Source: a virus
Taxonomy: Duplodnaviria > Caudoviricetes
Virus record (IMG/VR): IMGVR_UViG_3300044724_004599
Span: 1 to 31,513 of that record
DNA: 31,513 bases
Direction: 5' to 3' (one strand)
This document shows positions 1-9,120 of this stretch, in pieces (the stretch's first letter is position 1; each line of letters starts with the position of its first letter). Both the position numbers and the translations under genes were made by a program. The notes beneath the pieces are model-generated. The model did no database searches and was not told the origin of the DNA. It saw only the letters and a program-made list of their open reading frames with translations.

Positions 1-45
1 TACTATATTATAATATAAGATAAAGTTAAACGTAATAAAATAACA

Positions 46-372
46 ATGAATACAAATACAATCCTTGACAAGATATACCAAATAGAAGCTATCTTATTAA
101 GTATAAAGAAAGAGTTAGATAATAGTAATAGTATAAGTAAAACTAATACTACTGGATTAAATACCTTAAGTAATAAACCTAAGTTATATCCTAAGAGTAG
201 TAAACTTATAGAAAGACTATTAGACTTAAATACTAATCAGAAAACTGAAGCTTTCTTAAGTAGTTTAATAAATAATAACTATACTACTATTACTTTAGGT
301 CAAAAAAAGGTTATAGACGAATTATGTATTCAACTAAACCTAAATCCAGATGACTACAAAGATATGCAGTAA
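46..372 (+). CDS. Hypothetical protein (108 aa)
   Basis: Open ORF with an A-rich upstream region. It overlaps the start of the GIY-YIG gene. No recognisable motif. Confidence 0.55.
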   Translation: MNTNTILDKIYQIEAILLSIKKELDNSNSISKTNTTGLNTLSNKPKLYPKSSKLIERLLDLNTNQKTEAFLSSLINNNYTTITLGQKKVIDELCIQLNLNPDDYKDMQ

Positions 373-817
373 GTGTGATAAAGACTTACCATTAGACAAT
401 TATTATACTATAGTAAACAAAAGAGGTAAAAATTATACCTATACCTACTGTAGAAAATGTCATTATTCTAAAATGACTAAAGCTACAGCAGCAAGGTGGA
501 GAAAAAACAATCCTGAAAGATGGAGAAAAGATGCACATAAGGCCTTAAGGGCTTGGTACGGAAGAATGAACAAAGGTGTTTATTGTTTAATAACCACTAA
601 AGGATTATATATTGGAGCTACAGATAAAGTCAGAGCAAGAGTAGCTCAACATAAAGCTAACTTTCCAGGAAACGTAGGAAGTAAAGGAGCTAAAATATTA
701 TTTTGGTTTATTCTTGAAAAAGAATCTAATAGAAAGAAAAGGTTCGAAAAAGAACAGAAGTGGATTAAACTACTAAAGCCTTCCTTAAACGGAAAGACAG
801 GTCCTAAAACTAAATAG
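350..817 (+). CDS. GIY-YIG family endonuclease with N-terminal Zn-finger (free-standing homing-endonuclease-like)
   Basis: GVY...LYIG motif followed by conserved Arg/His (RVAQH), Glu (EKEQKWI) and Asn (PSLN). N-terminal CSKC...CRKC. Confidence 0.8.
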   Translation: MTTKICSKCDKDLPLDNYYTIVNKRGKNYTYTYCRKCHYSKMTKATAARWRKNNPERWRKDAHKALRAWYGRMNKGVYCLITTKGLYIGATDKVRARVAQHKANFPGNVGSKGAKILFWFILEKESNRKKRFEKEQKWIKLLKPSLNGKTGPKTK

Positions 818-825
818 AGTGGTTA

Positions 826-885
826 GAAAAATAGGTAGATACTAAGGGTTGTGAGAAGAAAGTTACGTGTATCTACCTTTTTTTT
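826..885. terminator. Probable bidirectional intrinsic terminator between convergent genes
   Basis: Perfect 10-bp inverted repeat AGGTAGATAC (833-842) / GTATCTACCT (869-878). T-run at 878-885 on plus and ATTTTTC on minus. The loop is long (26 nt). Confidence 0.55.
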
Positions 886-1028
886 CTTTCTACTATAAGC
901 TTAAATACATAAGCACCTAAACTACCTATAAACCCAAGTACAAAGGCTAATATTAAATCTTCAAAGTGTAAAAAACTTACAACTGAACTTGAAGTAAAAC
1001 CTATTCCGAGTGTAAAGTTAGTATCCAT
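873..1028 (-). CDS. Small membrane protein, holin-like (51 aa, not in ORF track)
   Basis: Hand translation: MDTNFTLGIGFTSSSVVSFLHFEDLILAFVLGFIGSLGAYVFKLIVERKKR. Hydrophobic segments and a basic C-terminus. Directly downstream of the protease gene. Confidence 0.65.
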   Translation of the reverse strand: MDTNFTLGIGFTSSSVVSFLHFEDLILAFVLGFIGSLGAYVFKLIVERKKR

Positions 1029-1054
1029 ACTATATATATTTATATATTTATATA

Positions 1055-2518
1055 TTAAGCTCTATTAGCTTGAATTAATCTATCTGAAAAGAAACCTTCT
1101 ATTGAGAAACCTTTCACAGTTTTAGTCTTAACAAGCTCCCATATATCTTCGTTTTCTATTTGGTAAGTACCGACCCAAGTACCTTCTGGAAAATCAAACC
1201 CGTAAGACCTTGACTTATCGTTAAGTGAATCTTCTACAATCCAAGTCTCAGCCATAAAACCTTCTACTGGTTGACCAGGGTCATGTTCTAAATTCATTTT
1301 ATCGAGTAGTTTATTCTTCATCATCTTTTCAGCAATCTGCTTAATTGTATCTTTAGAAAAATAAACAAAATACTCGTTACCTTCTTCATCGTATCTCTTA
1401 ATAAGTTTATCAGGAATCATAAGTGCCCCTGTAACTCTTTGTTGTTCTGTATCTAAAGCAAACTTATATCCATCGTTTTTCCCTGTGATAGAGAATGTCT
1501 CTCTAAAGATCTTTTGGTTTGACTGTTCTTCTCTACGAATAGTTTTTAACTTTCTCTGAGCCCATGCTATGCCTTCGTCACCTCCCCATGCATCCCACAT
1601 TAACTTACCGCATCCTTCACCGTAAGGTGTACCACTATTTCTTCTGTGTCTTTCAAAAGCAGCCATTCTTGCTATTGTATCTTCTGATATTGCCTCTCTT
1701 TTAGCTAATTGATTAGCTCTTTGTTTACCTACTGGTGTACCACATGAACCCCATCCTTCTTTTTCTGCCCATTTAAGAGCTCTTTTAGCATTATTAGTAG
1801 CAGCTTGTGGATAGTCCGTATAGCTTTCAAATGCTTGAGGTTCTTCTGAGTGTGTAAATACTTTACTATTACCTCCCATACCTTCGTGATTGATACAGTA
1901 GTAATATAATTCCTTTGGGGTGTCGTCAGTTATCTGTAGGTATAACTTGTTACCCATTACAGCTACACCTTTATTGTATTCTTTTCCGCCACCCCATATT
2001 CCGTCTTTGGTTAAACTAACTCTTAAATCGTGAGTTAAATTTGATTCGTTTGATTGGTCAAAACAATAAGTATTACCTACAACTAAATGTAAGTCTGGTG
2101 TTAACTCTCCGTTAATAACATATTTGTTTCCTTGTGCTGTTTTTACTACAGATACGTCAAAATGTAATTCATGACTTGAATAAGACCTTGTAGGATGGTT
2201 AGCATAATCTGGTAAAGTAGAAACGTCTATATCAAAAGAATCGTAGCAAATAGCTAATGCTTGATCCTCAGGAAAACCTTCAGACTTAAGAACGGGTAGA
2301 CATCTACCCATATAGTCATCTCTACTTTCACCAGGTATCCTTTCAACGAATTGATCTTTGAAAGAATGCTTTATTAACTCATATGCTACTATATCTTCTA
2401 AGTCTTCTTTCTTGAAAGCATAAAAGTCAGACTCTATAGCTGGTGATTCTACTAATGCTACAGCATCGAATCCTGATATCTTATCTAACTCGTCTATTAT
2501 TAACTCGATTATTTTCAT
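1055..2518 (-). CDS. Prohead maturation protease (XkdF-like serine peptidase) with inserted accessory domains
   Basis: N-terminal AVALVESPAIE and C-terminal GALMIPDK...NLEH...PEGTWV...KGFSIEG, as in phage prohead proteases. Central insertion of roughly 300 aa. Confidence 0.8.
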   Translation of the reverse strand: MKIIELIIDELDKISGFDAVALVESPAIESDFYAFKKEDLEDIVAYELIKHSFKDQFVERIPGESRDDYMGRCLPVLKSEGFPEDQALAICYDSFDIDVSTLPDYANHPTRSYSSHELHFDVSVVKTAQGNKYVINGELTPDLHLVVGNTYCFDQSNESNLTHDLRVSLTKDGIWGGGKEYNKGVAVMGNKLYLQITDDTPKELYYYCINHEGMGGNSKVFTHSEEPQAFESYTDYPQAATNNAKRALKWAEKEGWGSCGTPVGKQRANQLAKREAISEDTIARMAAFERHRRNSGTPYGEGCGKLMWDAWGGDEGIAWAQRKLKTIRREEQSNQKIFRETFSITGKNDGYKFALDTEQQRVTGALMIPDKLIKRYDEEGNEYFVYFSKDTIKQIAEKMMKNKLLDKMNLEHDPGQPVEGFMAETWIVEDSLNDKSRSYGFDFPEGTWVGTYQIENEDIWELVKTKTVKGFSIEGFFSDRLIQANRA

Positions 2519-2523
2519 ATTAC

Positions 2524-2530
2524 TAAATAG
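2524..2530 (-). promoter_or_regulatory. CTATTTA motif, putative late promoter (5 nt before protease ATG)
   Basis: Same motif and near-identical spacing upstream of several structural genes. Confidence 0.6.
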
Positions 2531-2532
2531 GT

Positions 2533-4269
2533 TTACGAACCGAACGTTCTTCTTGTTTGTATTTTTGCTTCTGCCTCTGCTGCCGATCTTGTATCCCCCT
2601 GTACTACATATGCTCTTACAGCCGGTTGTGCTGGTGCTATTTGTGGAGCCGGAGCTTCTGGTGCTAATATTGTTGTAGGTATATTAGGACTGGTTATACT
2701 TAAACCAGCTCCTTGACCTGTTGCATTTTCTACTTGCGAGGTTGCTTGTTTTACTGCTGAAATTATACCAACAGCTTGAGCAGCATAACCTATAAGTAAA
2801 GGGATATTCTGTGGAAAACCTTTCTTAAGTGTTTCAGATGCTCCTACCGCTACATTTTTTGCTGATGTAGCTGCATCTATAGTGGATTCAGTAGCAGCAT
2901 TTTGTGCTTTGAAAGTTAACGCTTTTACCTCAGCTAATAATTCTTGAGCAAGTATAGCTTGTTTTGCTATTAATGCTGCTTTACCAAGAGCAGTTTCTTG
3001 ACCAAACAATTCTGATAAAGTTTGTAAAGAATTAAGCTTAAGTTGTAATTTTTTCTCTTCTAACGCTTTTGTTTTATCTAAGTCTTCTTTATCTTTAGCA
3101 TCTCTTTCTTCATTATCTTTTTCTTCTTGCTCTTTTGCTGCATCATCTCTTAACTGATTATAATATGCTATTACTTGATTTCTCTGCTCTAAAGTACCTC
3201 CTAACCTCTCTAACTCCTCTAAAGCTCTTGTTTCCTCTAAAGTAATTTTTTCTTGCTCATTAACAGCAGCTAAATCTCTCTCTTTTTCATAGAAAGACTG
3301 TTGAAAAGCAAGTAATGATTCTGCTACCGCCTCTTCTGCCGCCAACTTAGCATCTGCATCAGCTTTTTCTTTTGCCAGTTTATCTAACCTACGCTGCTCT
3401 CTCTCATCTGCTAATCTTTTATCATTTGTATTCCTTAATACATTTAACTCAGTATACTTATCGAATAGCTCTTCCTCTTTAGCCCCTTTATCTTTTAATA
3501 ACTTAAGTTCATCTAAGATAAGTTGCTCCTTTAACTTAAATAGATCATCTGCACTTGCTCCTGCTGCTGTTTGCTCTTGGATTAAACGTGTCATTGCAGC
3601 AGTTTCTTTTTGAAGCTCTAAAGTAGCATCACTGGTAATCAGTCCCATATCCTGTAAAGACTTGTTAAGTTTATCTACTACACCTTTAATAAAGTTTACT
3701 GCCTTACCCACTATAGGGACTTTAGCGGCAAAGTTTTCTATTGCTTTAGTTACTTTATCCCAATTAGCAATTAACGTACCTACTAATACTACAAACGCCC
3801 CTACACCGGTAGCTATTATTGCTCCTTTAGTAGTTCTGGCAAACTTAAGAGCAGCTTTACCTGCTGAAGCAAAAACTGGACCTACTTTAGATAGCCCCTC
3901 TACCATATCCTTAACACCTATACCAGCAGCAATTGCTGAAGCAGCTTTCTTTTCAAATTCACCAAACTTCTCTGACTCTATACCTAATAAACCTAAACTA
4001 CCTACTACAGTGTTTAATGTACCTGAGAACAACATAGCAGCTCCATTAGCAGCATCTATCTTCTTCTCCATAGTAAAACCTTCTATCTCTTTATTGGTTT
4101 TAAGTATTTCTTTATTTAAGACTTGAGCTTGTTTGGTAAGATTCTTAAAAGCTTCACTATTTCTATCGACCTGCTTTAACTCTTCATTAACTTGAGCCAA
4201 TTGATTCTCTAATTGACCTAAAGTCTTTGACTGAACGTTAATGTCGATATTATATGTTTTTGTTGCCAT
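2533..4269 (-). CDS. Tail tape measure protein (578 aa)
   Basis: Coiled-coil and Ala/Gly-rich. Hydrophobic ATGVGAFVVLVGTLIANWDKV segment and C-terminal RAYVVQGD motif. Adjacent to tail genes. Confidence 0.75.
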   Translation of the reverse strand: MATKTYNIDINVQSKTLGQLENQLAQVNEELKQVDRNSEAFKNLTKQAQVLNKEILKTNKEIEGFTMEKKIDAANGAAMLFSGTLNTVVGSLGLLGIESEKFGEFEKKAASAIAAGIGVKDMVEGLSKVGPVFASAGKAALKFARTTKGAIIATGVGAFVVLVGTLIANWDKVTKAIENFAAKVPIVGKAVNFIKGVVDKLNKSLQDMGLITSDATLELQKETAAMTRLIQEQTAAGASADDLFKLKEQLILDELKLLKDKGAKEEELFDKYTELNVLRNTNDKRLADEREQRRLDKLAKEKADADAKLAAEEAVAESLLAFQQSFYEKERDLAAVNEQEKITLEETRALEELERLGGTLEQRNQVIAYYNQLRDDAAKEQEEKDNEERDAKDKEDLDKTKALEEKKLQLKLNSLQTLSELFGQETALGKAALIAKQAILAQELLAEVKALTFKAQNAATESTIDAATSAKNVAVGASETLKKGFPQNIPLLIGYAAQAVGIISAVKQATSQVENATGQGAGLSITSPNIPTTILAPEAPAPQIAPAQPAVRAYVVQGDTRSAAEAEAKIQTRRTFGS

Positions 4270-4274
4270 ATTAT

Positions 4275-4281
4275 TAAATAG
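4275..4281 (-). promoter_or_regulatory. CTATTTA motif, putative late promoter (5 nt before tape measure ATG)
   Basis: CCTATTTA-ATAAT-ATG on the minus strand. Confidence 0.6.
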
Positions 4282-4306
4282 GTTCTAAGTTATATGTTAT
4301 TAGTTC

Positions 4307-7300
4307 TTACTCACAATTGGTTATAAAACATCCTCCAACAAATGCACTTCCATTCCATTCTCTTGAATTTGTACCACCTCCTGTACTATACCATCCTGGA
4401 TCTGCTGCTGTTGAACAGGTTGGATAATCTTTATATAGTATTGTTGCAGAACACCAACTTGGATTATTAATTCCATACCCTATATCTACACCACAGCTCC
4501 ATCCACTATTTGCTAATAACGGTCCTTCTAATGAAATAGCAGTACAAGGTACCGGTGTCGGAGTAGGAGGCACTGGTGTCGGAGTCGGTGTTGGATTTAC
4601 TGTTTGACAATCAGTACAGTTGTTATATAAAGTTACATAATCATCTGTATTGGTAGTACCAAAGGCATCTACTACTTCATAACAGTATCCATCAGGCATT
4701 AATACTACATCTCCTACTGATGCTACTTGACCATTATTCCTAAATTGTGAATAATTTGGAGTTCCAGGACTACAAATAGAAATCAATGGATAATTTGGTA
4801 CTGGTGTAGGTGTTGGAGTAGGTGTAGGTGTTGGAGTAGGTGTTGGAGTTGGAGTTGGCGTAACACATCCTGTTAATCCTCCACAGTTACTACTTGCTGC
4901 ATGGAATACTGCTTGACAGTTGTGGAATCCTATATTAACTGCTGTAACCTCATAACATTGTGTTGTATCAAATGTTGGACATCCTCCTGTTGTACCTCCT
5001 GAACTAAACTGAATACCTCTACCTACAGTTAAACCAGATGCTCCAGTAACCTCTACGTGATATGTTGGACTACTTGTTCCACAAGCTACTACTGATATTT
5101 CCTGAGTTCCAGGAGTTGGAGTAGGAGTTGGAGTAGGAGTAGGTGTTGGACATGGACAAGACTGTAAAGCGTCTATGTTACTTGTTGGAGCTGTATCTGC
5201 GTTTATTAATGCTGTTCTACTACCACTTATTAACCCTAAAGTATTACTTAAACTATACCATTTTAATCCACCGTTAAAGTTAGTAGTTAGTGAAGTATTA
5301 CTATATATAGAATCAGCAGTTGTTAATGTTGCTATTGTCTTACTTGGTGATATGTAAGCTGTTGTATTAGTTGGTCCTGGACAACCATCACAAGCATCTC
5401 CCGAACTTACACCTGGACCTAAGTATATTACTCTATATGGTAATGGAGTAGGTGTTGGAGTAGGTGTTGGTGTTGGACCCGGAGTAGGTGTCGGAGTTGG
5501 TGCTACCGGACATCCTGATAATCCTGTATCTGTTACATTACCTACTGATGTACCTGTTGTTGTTGTCCCTAATACTTTATAGTTAACTAAAGAAGCATCT
5601 TGAACTCTATCATTAACACTTAAAGCTATTGCACTTGTTTCTTGACCTGTTCTAAATCCTGTTACCGAATCACTACATCTTTCCAGAGAGTAATACACTG
5701 GAGCAGGAGTAGGGGTAGGAGTAGGTGTTGGTCCCGGAGTCGGTGTAGGTGTTGGAGTCGGTGTAGGTGTTGGTGTAGGCGTAGGTGTAGGAGTTGGGCT
5801 TGGTGTAGGTGTTGGTCCTGGTGTTGGAGTAGGACCTACTACTGGTTCCTGTACATTTACATATGCCGGATACAGTTTTAACAACTCTACTGTTGCTACA
5901 TCATCGTCTGTTAGGTTAAACCCTTTAATTTTATTTATTCTGTATTGAGTATCTTTTATAAAGATAATATCGTTTAACTGTATATCTCTATACTCGTTTT
6001 GTTCAAACTTTACGTCAAGTGTTACTTTTCTACCTTCATCCCAATATAAACTATCTATGTATGTTTTCCAATAAGTAGTAAATTGTGACTTAGAGTTAGT
6101 TTGATTGAAAGCACCAGGTGTATAAGATGTATAAGTAGAGTTAAATAATAAATTCTGTGTATTAGCAGTTGAAATTACCGTCTCTGTATTTGACAAAGTA
6201 AAATAACTACCAGACACTTCAGTTGAACTTGAAGGATCACCTATAAAAATGTTAGATTGTAAACCATTAGATGCTTTATACCCTACTCTTGGTTTGAACT
6301 TATACGATTGTTGTTCTGAGTTTTCAAACTTATATAGATGAGGAAAAACGAAAGTTGAATCCGATAATGTAAGATTAGGATTGGTAGTTTGAGAAGCTAA
6401 TACAGTAGGTCCAAAATAACTTCCTACAGCTCCTTCTCCCTGACTAATAGTGTTGCCCGCTATAACCTCAAGTGTACCATATTGGTAGTTTGGATCAGAG
6501 TCTAAAGCAAGTTTACTCAATCTATCTTCATCTTCTACGTTTTGAAATAAAAGCTTTTTAGGTTGTTCTATTACCGGATGAGTTATAGATCTTCTTATAG
6601 AAGTATCCCATTTATCGTTCCAGTTAACTTGTGTACCTGAGTTAAACCAATCATCGAATGTATATATTTCAAGCTGTGTCTTACTTCCAGGTACAGGTAT
6701 TATAACTAAGTTAAATAAGTCAATTATACCCTTAAGTACATCTAAAGTCTTAGTTAATGGTTCCCATTGTTCTGAAAAATCTACAGTTACACCGTCAAAA
6801 TCAACAGGAGCACTATCACAGTTAAATGTAGTATTACCTCCAAGATTTGAACCTGATAAAATATAATCAGAAAGAGGGTAATCTGTTCCAGATGTACCAT
6901 GTAAACGTAATTGAGCTTCTATTGTATCCCCAGCATTAAGACTTCCTTCATAAGAAACACTCATACTTGATACTAAATCATAATTTCTATCTACACCTGA
7001 CTGACTAACTTGAGCTAAAATACTTGACCCTGATATAAGTCTTAAACGTTCAGTAACAACTGTATCTGCCCCATAATCTCTTTCATAAGTTATAGCAGTA
7101 CTAAAACTATAATCTCCTGTTACAGGAACAGTATATGTATACGTAGAAGGGTTGTAATTTGCTCCTGGATCACTTACTTCTGTGTTAAAAGGTAAAGTAG
7201 TAGTAACTATATCAGAAGAAAATTGTGGAGCAGGTATATCTTGTGACCCTGTTACTATAGCTTGAAAAGTATTCTCAGTACCAGAACCAATACCTAAGTT

Positions 7301-8017
7301 ATCATCTGGTTTAGGAAGAATATATATACTGTTAAAGTTAGGAATGTTTTGAAAAGACCCTGTATAAGTAAACCCTACTTGGTCAAATATAACATCAAGA
7401 GTATCTTTTAATCTAATTGCTGGTTGAAACTGAGCTAAGTTAAGAGGTTGTGCTGAACTACTTATAGCATCTAATTGTACTCTTGGATATGTATTACCTG
7501 CTTGATCAGGATTATCAAAACCATAATCTGCTATAGGGTAAAAGATATCACCATTTAGTAAAGAACCACTCCAACTTTGAAGTATAGCTTCTTTGTTAAA
7601 AGTATGATTATAAGCTGACCAATCAGCATCTTTTATATTTAGCCCCTCTATTGCTGTGTTAAATTGAACAGAAGTATCATATATCTGAACCTTATACGTT
7701 ACATATCCATCTTGACCTGTTACTACTTCATTTAACTGTAACTCTCCTTCTAATAACGTCTCTCCTCCATAAACAACGTAAGCATCTATAGTATTATAGA
7801 ATGCCGGTACATCATCTGCTCCGACGTTGTATGCGTGTTTGAAAAATTTGTTGTTCTTTTTAGAGCCCGGTAAGTCAAAGGTTTGTGAACCTACACCATA
7901 TACGGCTCCTATCTTAGAGTTATCTACTTTCGATATATCTACTCGTAGGGGTATATTTTGATCTATGTCAAGATCGTATGTATTACCATCATATTGAACT
8001 CTAAGTATAACGTTCAT
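4307..8017 (-). CDS. Tail tip/baseplate-type structural protein with C-terminal (Pro-Thr)n linkers and Cys-rich modules
   Basis: The N-terminal ~720 aa look like siphovirus tail-tip proteins (SQTFDLPGS, YPIADYG, YRINKIKGFN...VELLK). The C-terminus has five PT tracts separating Cys-containing domains. Confidence 0.75.
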   Translation of the reverse strand: MNVILRVQYDGNTYDLDIDQNIPLRVDISKVDNSKIGAVYGVGSQTFDLPGSKKNNKFFKHAYNVGADDVPAFYNTIDAYVVYGGETLLEGELQLNEVVTGQDGYVTYKVQIYDTSVQFNTAIEGLNIKDADWSAYNHTFNKEAILQSWSGSLLNGDIFYPIADYGFDNPDQAGNTYPRVQLDAISSSAQPLNLAQFQPAIRLKDTLDVIFDQVGFTYTGSFQNIPNFNSIYILPKPDDNLGIGSGTENTFQAIVTGSQDIPAPQFSSDIVTTTLPFNTEVSDPGANYNPSTYTYTVPVTGDYSFSTAITYERDYGADTVVTERLRLISGSSILAQVSQSGVDRNYDLVSSMSVSYEGSLNAGDTIEAQLRLHGTSGTDYPLSDYILSGSNLGGNTTFNCDSAPVDFDGVTVDFSEQWEPLTKTLDVLKGIIDLFNLVIIPVPGSKTQLEIYTFDDWFNSGTQVNWNDKWDTSIRRSITHPVIEQPKKLLFQNVEDEDRLSKLALDSDPNYQYGTLEVIAGNTISQGEGAVGSYFGPTVLASQTTNPNLTLSDSTFVFPHLYKFENSEQQSYKFKPRVGYKASNGLQSNIFIGDPSSSTEVSGSYFTLSNTETVISTANTQNLLFNSTYTSYTPGAFNQTNSKSQFTTYWKTYIDSLYWDEGRKVTLDVKFEQNEYRDIQLNDIIFIKDTQYRINKIKGFNLTDDDVATVELLKLYPAYVNVQEPVVGPTPTPGPTPTPSPTPTPTPTPTPTPTPTPTPTPGPTPTPTPTPAPVYYSLERCSDSVTGFRTGQETSAIALSVNDRVQDASLVNYKVLGTTTTGTSVGNVTDTGLSGCPVAPTPTPTPGPTPTPTPTPTPLPYRVIYLGPGVSSGDACDGCPGPTNTTAYISPSKTIATLTTADSIYSNTSLTTNFNGGLKWYSLSNTLGLISGSRTALINADTAPTSNIDALQSCPCPTPTPTPTPTPTPGTQEISVVACGTSSPTYHVEVTGASGLTVGRGIQFSSGGTTGGCPTFDTTQCYEVTAVNIGFHNCQAVFHAASSNCGGLTGCVTPTPTPTPTPTPTPTPTPTPVPNYPLISICSPGTPNYSQFRNNGQVASVGDVVLMPDGYCYEVVDAFGTTNTDDYVTLYNNCTDCQTVNPTPTPTPVPPTPTPVPCTAISLEGPLLANSGWSCGVDIGYGINNPSWCSATILYKDYPTCSTAADPGWYSTGGGTNSREWNGSAFVGGCFITNCE
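5701..5839 (-). repeat. Longest coding (Pro-Thr)n tandem repeat; shorter tracts at about 5444-5505, 5110-5153, 4800-4862 and 4551-4596
   Basis: Degenerate 6-bp units (ggtgta/ggagtt/ggagta on plus) with variable third codon positions. Confidence 0.9.
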
Positions 8018-9120
8018 TATCTTCCTATTCTTTGGTTTGCGTATCTAAACGTTATGTCATACATAAACGTTTTTTGATCTTTTCTACCTGTATTTTGTAC
8101 ATAAGAAGCATTAGTAATAACAATAGGTTTGAAAACTGTATTGTCTGGTGATACTGCTACAAATACAGAATCAGATTCTATTAACTGAGTTATCCATTGT
8201 GCTGCTTCCTTGCTTAACCAGTCGGTAGATATAGTTAAATTTTCTGTTATACCTGTACTGTAGTTTGTTTCTCCTCTTCTTTCAATATCATAAGCACCAG
8301 TATTACTATAGTTAACAAAAGTCTGTTCATAGTTTTCTCTATCTAAAGAAATATTTCCTCTTACAGGTAAAGCAGTTGAAAAGTTTTCCCACATACCGTA
8401 TTTGTTAATAAACATAAAATTATATACAGGATAGTTACAAGCATCTTTGAACTCTCTGGTTACCGATTCACCGTTATATGTAAGTGTAAGAACTTCTCCA
8501 TCACTTAGAAGTACATAAGCACCCATGGATACAATATCACCTGAGGATACAATAGCAGCATTATCTGGTCCTCCAGTATACCCAGACCCTGTAACAACCA
8601 AGGTTACACCGGTTCCATTATAGAAAGCCATTCTATAGTAAGCACCTACATATTCAGGAACTCCGTCAGGTCTATCTGATAAAGTAACAGCAGAACCAGA
8701 ACCTAAAAAGTTATAAGATGATCCATTGTTAGGATTTATCTGACATGGAAATACTTCTATTATATTGTTAGCTTGATTGGGATAAGTTGTTACACTACTT
8801 GAAGGAGAAGTACCATACTCTTCACCAAACTCTACGTTAAAATTTTTCACTTGATAGCGATCAGTTACAATATAATTTCCTCCAAAGTCTACAGAATACT
8901 CCAGGTTATCGTTAAAGATTCTTGAAGGGTCAAATACTGCTTCTAAGGATGGATTAGGAAACTGTCTTATTCTTGCCAGTCTTGTAGCTGAACCAGATTC
9001 ATAAACATCCATGAGGTAGTTAAACTGTGGATTAGTAGCATTACTACTACTTACATTATACACCAGACTTGTATAAGTACAGTTAGGTGTTGTTGGTTGT
9101 GATTTTATTGTATAAGCCAT
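8017..9120 (-). CDS. Tail structural protein, paralog B
   Basis: Lies in the tail module. Similar to 9120..10286 (LVYNVSSSNATNPQF, FGEEYGTSPSSS, ISTDWLSKE, ANQRIGR). Confidence 0.65.
   Translation of the reverse strand: MAYTIKSQPTTPNCTYTSLVYNVSSSNATNPQFNYLMDVYESGSATRLARIRQFPNPSLEAVFDPSRIFNDNLEYSVDFGGNYIVTDRYQVKNFNVEFGEEYGTSPSSSVTTYPNQANNIIEVFPCQINPNNGSSYNFLGSGSAVTLSDRPDGVPEYVGAYYRMAFYNGTGVTLVVTGSGYTGGPDNAAIVSSGDIVSMGAYVLLSDGEVLTLTYNGESVTREFKDACNYPVYNFMFINKYGMWENFSTALPVRGNISLDRENYEQTFVNYSNTGAYDIERRGETNYSTGITENLTISTDWLSKEAAQWITQLIESDSVFVAVSPDNTVFKPIVITNASYVQNTGRKDQKTFMYDITFRYANQRIGR

Noticed and set aside
1033-1056. (TATATATT)x3 tandem repeat
   Set aside because: Low-complexity AT spacer between two genes with no evidence of function.
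4551-5839. PT-coding repeats as a CRISPR array or DGR template/variable repeats
   Set aside because: These are degenerate 6-bp coding units with no repeat-spacer structure. No cas or reverse transcriptase gene is present, and no adenine-specific variation was seen.
5642-5881. Striking Arg/Cys/Trp-rich plus-strand ORF
   Set aside because: It is the antisense reading of the Pro-Thr repeat in the tail gene.
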